Origin: Octopus vulgaris
Lineage: Eukaryota
Reading direction: 5' to 3'
Length of the DNA: 64,000 nucleotides
Assembly (NCBI GenBank): GCA_951406725.2
Contig: OX597816.1
Span: 83,824,001-83,888,000 of the forward strand
Shown here: piece by piece, positions 43,015 to 55,659 of the stretch
Position numbering within the stretch: the first letter of the stretch is position 1
Layout: the number at the start of each line of letters is the position of its first letter
Program-made: the position numbers and the translations under genes
The notes under the pieces: generated by a model
What the model saw: only the letters and a program-made list of their open reading frames with translations
Told to the model about the DNA's origin: nothing
Database searches by the model: none

Positions 43015-43689
43015 TGTAATTAAACTTTTTATATATTTTTGGCTTACTACAAGTATGATAGCACCCATTCTGTTATTAAAAGTACGTGTTGCAGGTGTCC
43101 GCGGTATTTTTTTCACCAATTTACACACACTCGCTGTATATATTATATATATACCTACACACATACGTATATAAATACATACATACACACACATATACAC
43201 ATACACATGTAGACAAGGAGAGAGAGGGAGAAAGAGAGGGGATGGGGGGAAATATATAGAAAGTGTGACACAAAATCATGAAGCAGACCCACATACACGC
43301 ACACAAACACATGCACATATCCTTTGCAGAGACAAAATCGATGATTGGTTTGAGCCGGTTTCGAACCTTTTAGGGTTCTCTTCATAAGCCCCATAACACA
43401 CCAGCCACTTGAAGTTACTGACTACTAATTCGGTTACTTGATATATAACTGTATTAGTATACTTTATACACACATGCTTTCATAGAAACGTACATGCAAA
43501 CATATAAACACATGTTTGATAAACATAACTACTAGTTTCTTTTGAAAAAAAAGTCTAGTATTTCTGTGAAAGTTACTTGTAGCAAAGTCGCACTCACTCC
43601 AGAGAAAGCCGTTGCCCACGCTGCAGTTGCCCAACGTTTTCAAAATCGCAGATATTCACTGACCATGTGTGTCATCATAATTAACAAAA

Positions 43690-44322
43690 ATAAACTTGCA
43701 ACAAGCTATCCTGTGAATTTATTTCATCGACACCGAAAGAATTAATGTTAAACTCGCCCTCAGCCGTATTTGAACTCAGAAGGCAAAATCGGATGAAATG
43801 TCGCTAATTATTTTGTGCGGTGTGGTAACGTTTCAGCCAGCTCACCGCCTTGATCATGATTAAAGATTCAACAGATACTAGGAATACTACCTACGTAGAC
43901 TGCCACAAAGTGACGAATAATAAGCGGAGTATATGTAGTATAAATAATCCTTTCTACTATAGGCACCAGGCTTAAAATTTTTGGAGGAAAGGGGTCAGTC
44001 GACCCCAGTACGCAACTGGTACTTCATTTATCAACCCTGAAAGGATGAGAGGCGGAATTTGGACTCAAAACTTAGTGACAGGCTAAATACCTATTTCTTT
44101 AGTACGCACAAGGGGCTAAACACAGGGAGGACAAACAAGGACAGTCAAACGGATTAAGTCGATTATATCGACCCCAATGTTTCACTGGTCCTTAATTTAT
44201 CGACACCGAAGGGATGAAAGGCAAAGTTGACCTCGGTGGAATTTGAACTCAGAACGTAATGTCAGACGAAATATCGCAATAATTTCGCACAGCGTATTAA
44301 CGTTTCTGCCAGCTCGCCGCTT
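43690..44322 (-). mobile_element. Three family B SINE copies (~43690-43850, 43948-44095, 44096-44322)
   Basis: Family B core and both tail variants recognisable. Confidence 0.75.
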
Positions 44323-45798
44323 TGAATTAGTCACTTCATATGTAAGCAGGTGAAGTATAGTGTCATTCCTGTACTGTTTTCGGAAAACCAATATAATAAT
44401 AGCCTGGAATCAAAACCAGATCAAAGACCTGACTACTGAATACATAATTCTTCTCTGCAATTATTGAAGAATTCTCATTCGTCATTCTTCTGAATTACTC
44501 TGAACTTCTTTGAAATTCTTCCCGACTCAAAAGTGCTGGAAAAACGGTATATATTTTAATGAACCTTCGTAGCTCGTGGAAAAAATTCCTTTAACACAAG
44601 TGTGGGCACACACATTTGTTCATCTATATGTATATTATTATGGTTATTTATTTAAGCTTCTGCAAGACGGCAACCAAACCCTATCAAGGGAATCGGTTCC
44701 CATCCTCAGTAGTATAAGTCTATTGCCATGAATATTAAAGAACGATGTGTGTATTAGAAAAAAAATAGGCTGATCATTTGAAAAAGAAATAGTAATTTTA
44801 ATTTTTCTGTTACAGATTAATATTGAAGAAACGCATTAAGATCTATTCCATCAATGTGTGTATGTATTTCGTAACATCGTCGTAGTGGTTGATGTTGTTA
44901 CTGCTTTTGCTACTGTTTGTGATAGAGGTGGTAATGGATTAGCTCCAGGTCAGTCCTGATCAAGCAGTTTTGTAGTCACATCCATTCAATCAGTGATTTG
45001 TCGGAACTTATTGTCCTCTGAACCGGCTTTCGTTTTGAAGACATCAAAGGACTATTCATGATAGGTAAGCGGCTGGCGGGTCAAGTGAACATGAAGAGTC
45101 TGACCCCATTCGGATTGCATAATCGAATGGGTAACTTGCGAAGCTGCTAGGAACCTTGGCTGTAAATGTGACATCTAGGTTTGATCCCAGAACGTAGTAC
45201 CTTGGATAAGTGACTTCTGCCTTGAAACTAGGGTCTACGCCAACTGGGTAGACGAACAACGAGTGGAAGGCTATCATATAAACTAAACCTGTAATTCAAA
45301 GTAGCAGCCATACCACTCACAAACCACACTGAATGTGTATAAGGATTCCACGAAGGCACCAAGAGTGTGTGGAATATTCCTCTCAGTTGCTAAAAGTTAT
45401 TGAGTAGTTTGCGCTGTTGGTCGAACAGATTGGATACATTCTGCAAAACCGATAAAATATGGTTTCATGCATGTCTGCATGAATACAATATATTTGTGAA
45501 AAGATGAAGAGGTATCTCTGAATTTTTTATTCTATGTTGTCTCCACAGATAGTGGTTATAGATCACTGCTACTAAGAGCTTAAATAAATCGGATAAACTG
45601 ATCTGAAGTTAGTTTGGCCATCTGTCTTTAAGTGTAAGTGTAGACTAAAATCTATTGATATGCTTTGTAGCACATTCAAACAAAGACATTTATACATGTA
45701 TATATACACACATGAAATATTTATGCATCCGTATATATAGCTGCTACAGGCAATATATGCATGCTATATACACACACACAAACACACACACACATGCA

Positions 45799-45855
<57 letters not shown>

Positions 45856-46211
45856 TATCGACTTAATGGTGTATGTAAATAGTTTTGAGAAGCCAGTATG
45901 GGCGAAACATAAAATCAGACAGTTACGATCCATGATAAATATCAATTTAGTTCTAGAATGTGTATTGAGTCCTTTAGTCAGTGCATGTGTAGTCTAAAAA
46001 ATACACTTGTTAACACAAAAGTCACACGTACGCACTTTCTCATAGTCAAGCAACGATGTATGTATGTATTCGCTTTTCGTTATATTCTTTAAATCTGCAA
46101 TAAGGGTGGAGCAGTTTCCAAATATGATTCTCATAACGGAATTTAGGTCACCAAAGTACAGTCTTGCTCCGGACTTTCTTTAGAAATATTACATAGTCAT
46201 CCTATTACAGC

Positions 46212-46262
<51 letters not shown>

Positions 46263-46406
46263 CTGTCTAGCTATCTATCTGTCTGTCTGGGTGTCTGTGT
46301 GTCTGTCTGTCTTCACTAAAAGCATATACTTACCTTTCACTTTATGTCTATCCAAGTTTTTATGACGGTTCCTGTCTGACTACTTTTTCCCTCAAGATAT
46401 ATGTAC

Positions 46407-46486
<80 letters not shown>

Positions 46487-48184
46487 TATATATATATGTA
46501 CATGCACACATATATGATATTTATGATATATATACATACATATATACATACAAACATACATACTTAGGTACATACATATATACATGCATACATGCATACA
46601 TACATACGTACAAACATACATACACACACAGCCTCTCATGTTGTTCAGTCTGAACTCCATTCTTACTCCTCTCCCACTTATACATACACCCTCCATCACA
46701 ATATTACCGTTGATTAGACTACTATCTACCGTGTTCAAAGAAATATACAGTAGCCTATATATTTCAACATTAAACACGCTAACTATAGAGAATTATTTAT
46801 ACACAATTAATAACAACTAACAAACCTCACATTTCATCACATTTACTTTCTTTTTTTTTCTGTTTCTACAAGAAAAGATTAGGCATGAAATATATACGTA
46901 AATTAAGGTTATTGCAGGTGCACGTGTCTATGTGTGTACGCGTATGTGAGTGTGTGTATGTGTGTGTGTATGTGTTAGTGTGTATGTTCTATGTGTCTAT
47001 AAATTGAAAATTTATTTAGCACGTGTTTATGTGTTGTGTATATAATACACATAAATATGCATGCATATATTTATATGTATATATATATATATACATGTCT
47101 GTGTGTGTGTGTGTATAACTATATATAAATATAAATGTATATACGTGTGTGTGTGTTTATATATATATATATATGTTTGTGTGTGAGTGTATTGTGCGTG
47201 TGTGTGTGCCTATGTGTCTGTGATTGTGTGTTTGCATGCATGCTATGTGAGTGTGATTGCATGATTCTGTATTTGTCTATAAACCAAAAGCGAAATGATA
47301 CACAAATCCCCACACTCCTTCTTCGCACATGCATACATACACATGGTAAGATATAACAGGAGAAATGCAAGTTTTTCCCACGAATTTTGATAAGTGGAAT
47401 TACTATCAAATATCTTTTTAATATACGATTTTTTTTCATAGAAGAATTATTAAAAATACTAAGAAATTGGCAAATCTAAAAGACGAAGTTATTAACCAAT
47501 TTACTTTGACAGAAACAATTATGTTTCTTTCACGCTTCTTTACATTTCCAGAGTCGACAGTTATATATAACTAACTGCTGTGTGGTTTTGGATATCATTC
47601 AATACATGCCTGTTTCAATATAATTCTTCCTCTTTATCAACGTTCAATGAACGAAGTGTTTTGACTTGAAAATCGAGTACTCTTATTGGATATATTATTA
47701 TATTTAAAATTATAATAATGCATTATCATATTCAAAATGATAATATATTCTTTATATCTTAAAATGCTTTGTCGTATAATTGGCCGTCTTTGTGTTCAAA
47801 TTAAGAACATCGAGTTCCTTGTGCATGTAAGATGTTTAAGGTGTGTGAGAAGCATTGAGACGAAGTTTTTCATGTGAAATTAACAATAGCAAGGGAATAT
47901 TTATAGGTAGGGAGATTCGCTACTGAAAGGTGAGTCAAATATATTTATCAAAATAAATTCTAACAGATATTCAGGTTCGCCTACGGTTTCTTCTAAAGAC
48001 TGATCAAGATGTCAGGCAAAACTGTAATCGACACGAACTTTACTATATTTTGGGTCCAGCCCCACTATGTGGCACCTTAGGCAAGTGTCTTCTTCTATGG
48101 GCCCAGATCGACTAAAGCCTTGTCAGTGAATTTGATAGACGGAAAATGAAAAAGCCCGTCGAGTGTACACATAGTCGCCATGAT

Positions 48185-48432
48185 TCATTATTCTCTTCCT
48201 GTTTATTTCCTCGTATTCCTTTCTGTTGAAGAGCGTAGGCTCGAAACGTAAAAGACTTTCTCAACTTCCCGAGCATCAAAGTAATACACCTGTTGTTCAT
48301 ACACGTGTCTTCATCTTTTGTTTTTCTGCAGGCTCGAAACGTTAAAGACTTTTTCACTTCCCGAGTGTTAAACTAATACACCTGTCTGTTGTCTACACCA
48401 CCTGTCTTTGTTTTTTTGGGGGAATTATCCCT
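48185..48432 (+). mobile_element. Putative Penelope-like pseudo-LTR with partial tandem duplication and hammerhead-like core (48226-48250)
   Basis: ggctcgaaacgt.aaagacttt...cttcccgag...taatacacctg occurs at 48238 and 48331. Homologous to 1920-2098. Ends at (TA)n. Confidence 0.55.
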
Positions 48433-48543
48433 ATATATATATATATATATATATAATTTTTTTCGAGGGAAATAACGCACGCACTTTTCGGGGATTCTAA
48501 CGAAACAACCACGTTTATTTAGACGTAAAGATTGAAATTATTT

Positions 48544-48607
<64 letters not shown>

Positions 48608-48611
<4 letters not shown>

Positions 48612-49092
48612 AGGAGTATAAGACAAGGTAGAAAATGCTAAAACAATTTTATCATGAAATACATTTTGAAACGGTTAGTACCGGTTTCAGTCTTTTCGAC
48701 TTCTTCAATTAAGAGTAAAACAAAGGTGGATATTTATTAAGGAGGAAAACAGTTAGACTGAAGAAAAATTAAATGACATGTTTTGTAAATATTTCCATAG
48801 TCTTCAAATAGGTAGGAAATTTTCCTTTTTTGTCTCTATTTTCACAAAAGAAAAGAGAGAGAGAGACATAAGAAAGGAAAATGTCCTACCTATTTGAAAA
48901 CTATGGAAATATTTACAAAAGATTTCATTTACTTTTTTCTTCAATTTAATTGTTTTTCTTCTCAATAAACATCCACTTTTGTTTTACACATCTGAAAAAG
49001 TCAAAAAGACTAAAACCGGTACTAACCGTTACAAAATGTATTTCGTGATAAAATTGTTTTAGCATTTTCTAACCTGTATCATTTTCCTTATA
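48608..49092. mobile_element. ~485-bp fold-back element: two ~230-bp imperfect inverted arms, each with a hammerhead-like core
   Basis: For example, agaaaatgctaaaacaattttatca pairs with tgataaaattgttttagcattttct, and ttttgtaaatatttccatag.cttcaaataggtagga pairs with tcctacctatttgaaaactatggaaatatttacaaaa. Loop at ~48838-48861. Confidence 0.8.
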
Positions 49093-49114
49093 GCCATGTA
49101 TTACTTTTCAACCT

Positions 49115-49170
<56 letters not shown>

Positions 49171-49251
49171 CATACGTGTATGTGTGTGTGCGCGCACGTT
49201 TTTCTGTTTGTCACCCACTACCGCGTGACGATGATAATGGTTGTTGTTTAG

Positions 49252-49302
<51 letters not shown>

Positions 49303-49633
49303 CACATATATAAGATGTAAAATTCTATTCCCTTGAAGGCTTCACTAAACTCTGTGCAAAAACATAGTTTTGTCATTGTTGTTATATTGACAAAATATTT
49401 ATTACTGTTATTATCAAAATACCATCTGTTCCCAATTCATAAACTTTATTATAAAATTCCAAAAGCCAAAAGTAGACCACTTGTATAGTGGAGATTTACT
49501 CGTAGAAAGGTACATATACATATTCGTACTTAGAAAGAGCTATATTTTCAAATGTATAAATAATCTTGTGCACGAATGTGCGTGTGAGTATGTGTATAAA
49601 TATATAAATATAACTATAAGTGTGTGTGCTTGC

Positions 49634-49664
<31 letters not shown>

Positions 49665-50303
49665 TGTGTGTGTGTGCGTGCGTGCTGTGCATCTACTTAT
49701 ATATATGATTGTGAATATTTTATGAGAGAGATTTTAAACATATACAGCAATAGAGACAGCAAAGCAATTTTTAAAATTATCAGTAGAAATAAAATTTTCA
49801 TTGTTTTCTGTTTCTTTTAATTTATACTTTCTTTTCTTTATCTCCTTCTTACTTCTTTCCTTTCCTTCTGAATTTTAATCCATCTTCCATATTCTCGCCA
49901 AAACTTATAAATAATTGACCTAATACCTCTAATAATTTTCTGTATAAATAATTAACACGTTTACAAACACAAACTCACACACATACACACTTGTACATGT
50001 ATAAAGGTACTTATCTAAAAAAATTATATAAATTATATATATATACATATAAATACATATATACGCAACACATACTAATATACATATTTATATACACACA
50101 CAAACTATCTTATAGCATTATAAACTTATTCGTACCTATTTACATCCCTCTGTACTCAAACACATCTGCATACGAACACGTGTGCACTTACAGCTTCACA
50201 GGTATTCAGCTACAAACATACATACATACATACATACATACATACATACATACATACATACATACATACATACATACATACATACATACATACATACATA
50301 CAT

Positions 50304-50335
<32 letters not shown>

Positions 50336-50370
50336 CCACACTCACACACACACATATATATATATATATA

Positions 50371-50738
50371 TAGTTGTTAAAGAGGACAAGAAACGTTAAG
50401 ACAGGGCAAACATCTCGACTCGTATATACCATTGTTATTGGTAAAAATTCAAAGTCTTACACCTGTTTCTGGGATATTCTGTCATCGGAAACTAATAGGG
50501 AAAATGAGAAGGCTATAGATTAATGAAATGTCTACATAGAGGACAGGAGTAAAGGAATAAGGAGATGAAGAAAGAGAAGAAAAAAGAAGCATAAAAGTTC
50601 GCTGTTCAATATTAACAAACTCTGGGATATCCCAGAAACAGCTGTGTGACTTTGAATTTTTTTCCAATAATAATAATAGTGTATATGAATTGAGAAGTTT
50701 TTCTTGCTTTAACGTTTGTTATCCTCTTTAACAATTAT
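50371..50738. mobile_element. Element with ~110-bp terminal inverted repeats between (TA) tracts; arms contain hammerhead-like sequence
   Basis: ttgttaaagaggacaagaaacgttaa...aaaattcaaagtc..acacctgtttctgggatat pairs with atatcccagaaacagctgt..gactttgaatttt...ttaacgtttgttatcctctttaacaa. Confidence 0.75.
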
Positions 50739-50879
50739 ATATGCACTATATCGGAAATATGCAATGGTCCCATAACTACCGTCTCGGCGGTAACCTTGGT
50801 GTCCTAGTACTCTGTTACAGCGTACCTAATCATTTAGATCACCTATTTTGTGTTTGTGTATATATATATATATATATAT

Positions 50880-51110
50880 ACAAAATTAGAAAATGGAGAA
50901 ACATACTTAAATCAATCAAACATCAACCATCAGATGATACCCAATCAATACTTTATTACACCATTACATAACAGCAAAGGCATTATACAAAATATATTGT
51001 AAATATAATTAGACAAGGAAATAGAAATATATAATATAAAATATAATATATAATTATATCATATCTGACAGCTGTTTCGGCCGTAAGGACAAGTATGCCT
51101 CATTTAACCT
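50880..51110 (-). mobile_element. Putative Penelope-like pseudo-LTR remnant
   Basis: Minus strand has GGCC-GAAAC-AGCT-GTC (palindromic stem III) and a downstream aataaa. Bounded by (TA)n on both sides. Confidence 0.4.
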
Positions 51111-51993
51111 ATATATATATATACATACATATATGTGTGTGTATACAAATATATGGATATGTGCGAATGTATGTATGTATACACATACATATGTGCACAC
51201 ATATTGAAATATGTTTAGAAGAACAAGTAATGAAGAGAAAACAATCAATAGAAAACAAACTTGAAAAACAGTTTGTTATATCGTAGATTATATTATAGCT
51301 ATTTGTACTAAGTTAAAAAAGTTGGTTCAAAAATATTTTCTTGCGTCTTGTCAAGATAATTTTTATAAAAGATAAAACTGACAATATACTTATTAAGGTG
51401 GACATCTGTTTATGTGTGTGAGTTGTGTGTGTACGAATTTTATGGTGTGTCCGTGAATATGTGTGCTTTATAATTCACTGTTTAATTGTAATTGCTATTG
51501 ACTACAATCGGTTTCATGCGTTGTAAATAATTACATAAAACACTCATCAGGTTCCTTTGGAATTCATTTTCTTCACAATTTTCGACATGCGAAAAGCGAA
51601 GGGAAAGGACTATCTGAAAAGCAAATGAATGCATGATGGAATTATTACAGAATGCACGAAAGAGCCTGTAGCCAATAACACTTGTAATCTAACAGTTGGC
51701 TGTATTATGCAATTAAAATCTACCAGCCTGTTAATGAGTGCATTCTCATCTGATATACGTACTCAATACTTCTATAGTATATTTTACTGAAGGTATAGTT
51801 TATACCGCTGCGGCTATTTAGAGTCTCATGCCTTTTTGAATTGCGGCAGATGCAAATTCAGTTTAAATTCTAACTGAAGTTAACTTGACCGTCCTAAAAC
51901 ATTAATCCATGACCACAATGTTGTAACAGTGTTGTAACAAATGTGCACATCTATATATCTATATATACAAATATTCACATACACTGCACACAC

Positions 51994-52064
<71 letters not shown>

Positions 52065-52080
52065 TCATACATACATACAT

Positions 52081-52114
<34 letters not shown>

Positions 52115-52295
52115 TCGTGTGTGTATGGCACCCAGCAATCGGTTGTGCAATTTGCAACTTCAATTGCTTCTTTTCTGAATTCAGCTCACTGTTTTATGTT
52201 TTAGTATTGGTGCAGCAAAGTAAGATTTCTGTATGACTATAGCTGTCACTAGAACATCATTTTAGTATTTTTTATTCTCTTATTGGTAAATAGGA

Positions 52296-52559
52296 GGAGC
52301 ACTGCGTCGGTTACGACGACGAGGGTGCCTGCTGATGCGATCAACGAAACAGCTTGCTCGTGAAATTAACGTACAAGTGGCTGAGCACTCCACAGACACC
52401 CTTAACATAGTTCTAAGGGGGATTCAGCATGACACAGCTGAGTGGACTGTAGCAACGTGAAATAAAGTGTCTTGCTCAAGGACACAACGCGTCGGCGGGA
52501 AGCGAACTTACATCACGATTGTGAGCCGAATGCCCTGACTACTAAGCCACGCGCCTTCA
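52296..52559 (-). mobile_element. Family C SINE, tail variant 2, with internal deletions
   Basis: Aligns to 12804-13129. Confidence 0.8.
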
Positions 52560-52719
52560 TGGGTAAATATATAGATATGATATTGGGATAATACGGTGGT
52601 CACCGGGAAGTGATATATGCTCAAAGCTTTTACGAACAAGCAGTGTCAGTATATATGTATGTGTATATATATGTGTGTATATATACATTTACATATATAC
52701 ACACAAATATACACATGTA

Positions 52720-52763
<44 letters not shown>

Positions 52764-52817
52764 AATTCATATATATATTTATGATATATATATATATACA
52801 TAAATTCATATATATAT

Positions 52818-52862
<45 letters not shown>

Positions 52863-52973
52863 GTACACACAAACACACACACATACATATATATGTAAAT
52901 ATCCCCATAAATATGTGTACCTGAAATTATTGTTCATCTATGTTTTTCTAAATATGTATATATTTATAATAAG

Positions 52974-53041
<68 letters not shown>

Positions 53042-53168
53042 GCTGGTTTACAGAAGCACACACATATATGCATACTGTCTACGTGCATGCGTATATGCAT
53101 TTATATACAGATGTATGTGTAAACATCAAATTACTAGTGTGAAAGATTTCTTAAAACTTCATATTTAC

Positions 53169-54032
53169 CTGTTTGAATTGTTCTTGGAACGTCCAGTGAT
53201 GGGAGGGTCCTGTGCTGTCCAAACCTGGTGTCGATGCTGTGTGACTGGGGACCGATGTCGGTGAAACAGATGGTAAACTGCCCACACCCGGCAGTCCCCG
53301 GTTTGGGTTGACCACCCCGGCACTGGCGGCAGCTGCGGCAGCCGCAGCGGCGGCGAAACGTTCCAAATAAGCAGCATGGTTAATAATGTCAATCCGAGTG
53401 TGGTCCGGCTTCATATCCGGAGCTACACCACCACCACCACCTCCTCCACCTCCTCCACCACCACCACCTCCACCACCACCGCCACCTCCCCCTGGTCCAC
53501 CACTGCCTGTTGTACTACTACCATTACCAGCACCACTACCACTACTACTGCTTCCACCTATTCTACTGTGTGCACCTGGTGGTGAGGAAATATAGTCTGT
53601 CGTTGATCCGTTTCCACCACCTCCACCGCCGCTGCTGTTGTTACCGCCACTACTACCACCGCCATTTCCACTACTTCCGCTACTACCTCCTCCACTACTA
53701 CTGCCACTTCCACCACCACTGATAATGCCCGTACCGCCAATCGCTGACGAGCTTGTGTGTTTTCGCACTAAATCCTGTTCGCGTTGCTGCTGAATGCGCT
53801 CGTGTAGGCGCAAGTCCTTGGCACGCATTTCTTCGTGTTGACGGGCAATCGCCTCCTCGTGCGCCTTCAGTTCACGCTCTATCTCTTCACGCTCTTCGCG
53901 TTCTTGTTGTTTGAGTTTCTCGTACAGTTCCCTGTCAGCCGGGTCCATTTTGTCTGTGCAGATCTCACTCTCATCTCCGTTTTCACTAGCATTGTCTGAA
54001 TCCACATCAGATTCGTTTAGACCGCTGTTCGA
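53169..54032 (-). CDS. ARID3: Internal coding exon (288 codons, phase 0/0) of an ARID3 / dead ringer (retained)-like transcription factor, N-terminal to the ARID domain
   Basis: Open frame SNSGLNESD...HHWTFQEQFKQ with an acceptor (ttattattttcttgcttctcttgcag| at 54033) and a donor (CAG|gtaaat at 53168). WTFQEQFKQ matches the W(T/S)(Y/F)EEQFKQ motif preceding LYEL at the start of the ARID3-family extended ARID domain. The exon also has an acidic/coiled-coil segment, a Gly/Ser-rich tract, poly-Gly and poly-Ala, and is GC-rich relative to its flanks. Confidence 0.82.
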
Positions 54033-54110
54033 CTGCAAGAGAAGCAAGAAAATAATAATGAATTATTAAAAAAAAATGCGTTGAATATGGTCATGTAAAT
54101 GATAAGGATG

Positions 54111-54111
<1 letters not shown>

Positions 54112-54194
<83 letters not shown>
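54112..54194. repeat. (AAT)n microsatellite ~80 bp upstream of the exon acceptor
   Basis: Direct inspection. Confidence 0.95.
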
Positions 54195-54195
<1 letters not shown>

Positions 54196-54199
54196 CTGT

Positions 54200-54910
54200 G
54201 CAGAAGTACGCTGAAAAATAAAGTAAACCAAATTAGCTGATGAATTAAAAACATTATGGATGTTAAGGAATGCGTGTTATCATCCCAATTGTAATTGGCA
54301 CAGCTGGCATGAAACACAAGCATTTGTTTAAAGACATTCACAGATATTCTATAAGGATAGGCATTGGCATGTACCAGAAAATAGCAATACCAGGATTTGT
54401 AAATATTGTGACTGCAATTTCACACAGCATTTATTAACCTCGAACAATTTTTATGCATATTTTCCAATATGTACGTAATTTATTTTTTCGCGACAGGAAA
54501 CCTCTGCAATATTTTTAAAACATTAACAATAACAACAACAACAATAATAATTATTACTGTTATTATTATAATGATAATAATATTTCCAGCTATAAGCAAG
54601 AGGCCTAACATTTTTGGGGAAGGAGCTAGTCGATGTAATCAATCCCAGTGTACAACTCGTATTTATTGAAGAAGATAGTCCCAATTATTGTTAGGTCTTT
54701 GGGGAACAGTATCAGAAGGCATCAAAAGGAATATAAAGGAAATTGGAATAGAGTGACTTGTACTGTTACAAAAGGTTCGCCTCCTTGACACAACCAGAAT
54801 AAACAGGAAAGTATCAGATAGCTGAAAAGAACAAATAGCAAGGTACCGAAGTCTGCAGATAGTAAGTGCGCTATGCATTCGAGACTCTAAGAGATGCAAC
54901 AAAACCTGTG
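54200..54910 (+). mobile_element. Two degenerate 3'-end fragments (restriction-like endonuclease C-terminus) of R4/Dong-like retrotransposons
   Basis: LADELKTLWML...IIPIVIGTAG (54230-54310) and KIVPIIV..LGTV...LLQKVRLLDTTRINRKV (54672-54815). Confidence 0.55.
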
Positions 54911-54949
54911 ATAAAGGGGAAATAATGATATTAATAATAGCCTCTCATG

Positions 54950-55477
54950 GATTGGGATCTTAAATGATTGGAAGTGTTATCATGTACATTATTTTGTCTT
55001 GGTATAAAAGATGGGCTACAGCAAATATTCTGCTCAATACAACAGATTTGCTTGTCAATTGTTTGACCTTAACCAGTTGACCATGCCCTTTAGTGGCTGA
55101 CGATAGGCGCATCTTTGATAACGAGGAGATGTATTGTGGGAACATCATAGCCGTGTGTTGAGAGGAATCCTTTGGGGTTTGGATTATTCGCCTTTGGGAA
55201 CATGGGTGCTTTGTTCAACATCCTTAAACAACCATTATTCAAGAACCTTTTGAGCAGGATGGGCTACGCGACTTGAACAAAACTCTAGCTGAGCCCCACA
55301 TGCAAGGTCATTCATGCGCTGTTTATTTTGATATGAGATCACCGTGTTGCGCTCACATGGTTGTGCAGCATGTGCCTGGTGCACCCTTATTTGTTATACC
55401 CTTATCATGATGGGTATACGGGTATACTGGCATTTTACCCCAGTTTCACTTTGATGGCATGCGCTGCTCTCTCGCTC

Positions 55478-55544
<67 letters not shown>

Positions 55545-55545
55545 T
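54950..55545 (+). mobile_element. Putative retroelement 3' UTR ending gctctctcgctc followed by (AAT)n
   Basis: The same terminus (gctctctcactcaataat) caps the R4/Dong-like copy at 58519-58536. Confidence 0.45.
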
Positions 55546-55659
55546 TGATGATGATGATGATTATTATTATTTCTTTGTTGGCCACAAGGGCCCAATACAT
55601 GGAGGACAATATCAAAGGAAGAGTTACAACACACAAAAAGAAAAAAATTACAAGAACAT

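Noticed and set aside
45056-45277. 73-aa complex-looking minus-strand ORF
   Set aside because: Overlaps a degenerate family A-like SINE on the plus strand; no recognisable domain.
52915-52935. Another AG|GT juxtaposition on the minus strand (aatttcag|gtacac)
   Set aside because: Weak pyrimidine tract and donor, and only ~250 bp from the exon; likely chance.
53386-53595. Plus-strand poly-proline ORF
   Set aside because: Antisense shadow of the poly-Gly codons in the real minus-strand exon.
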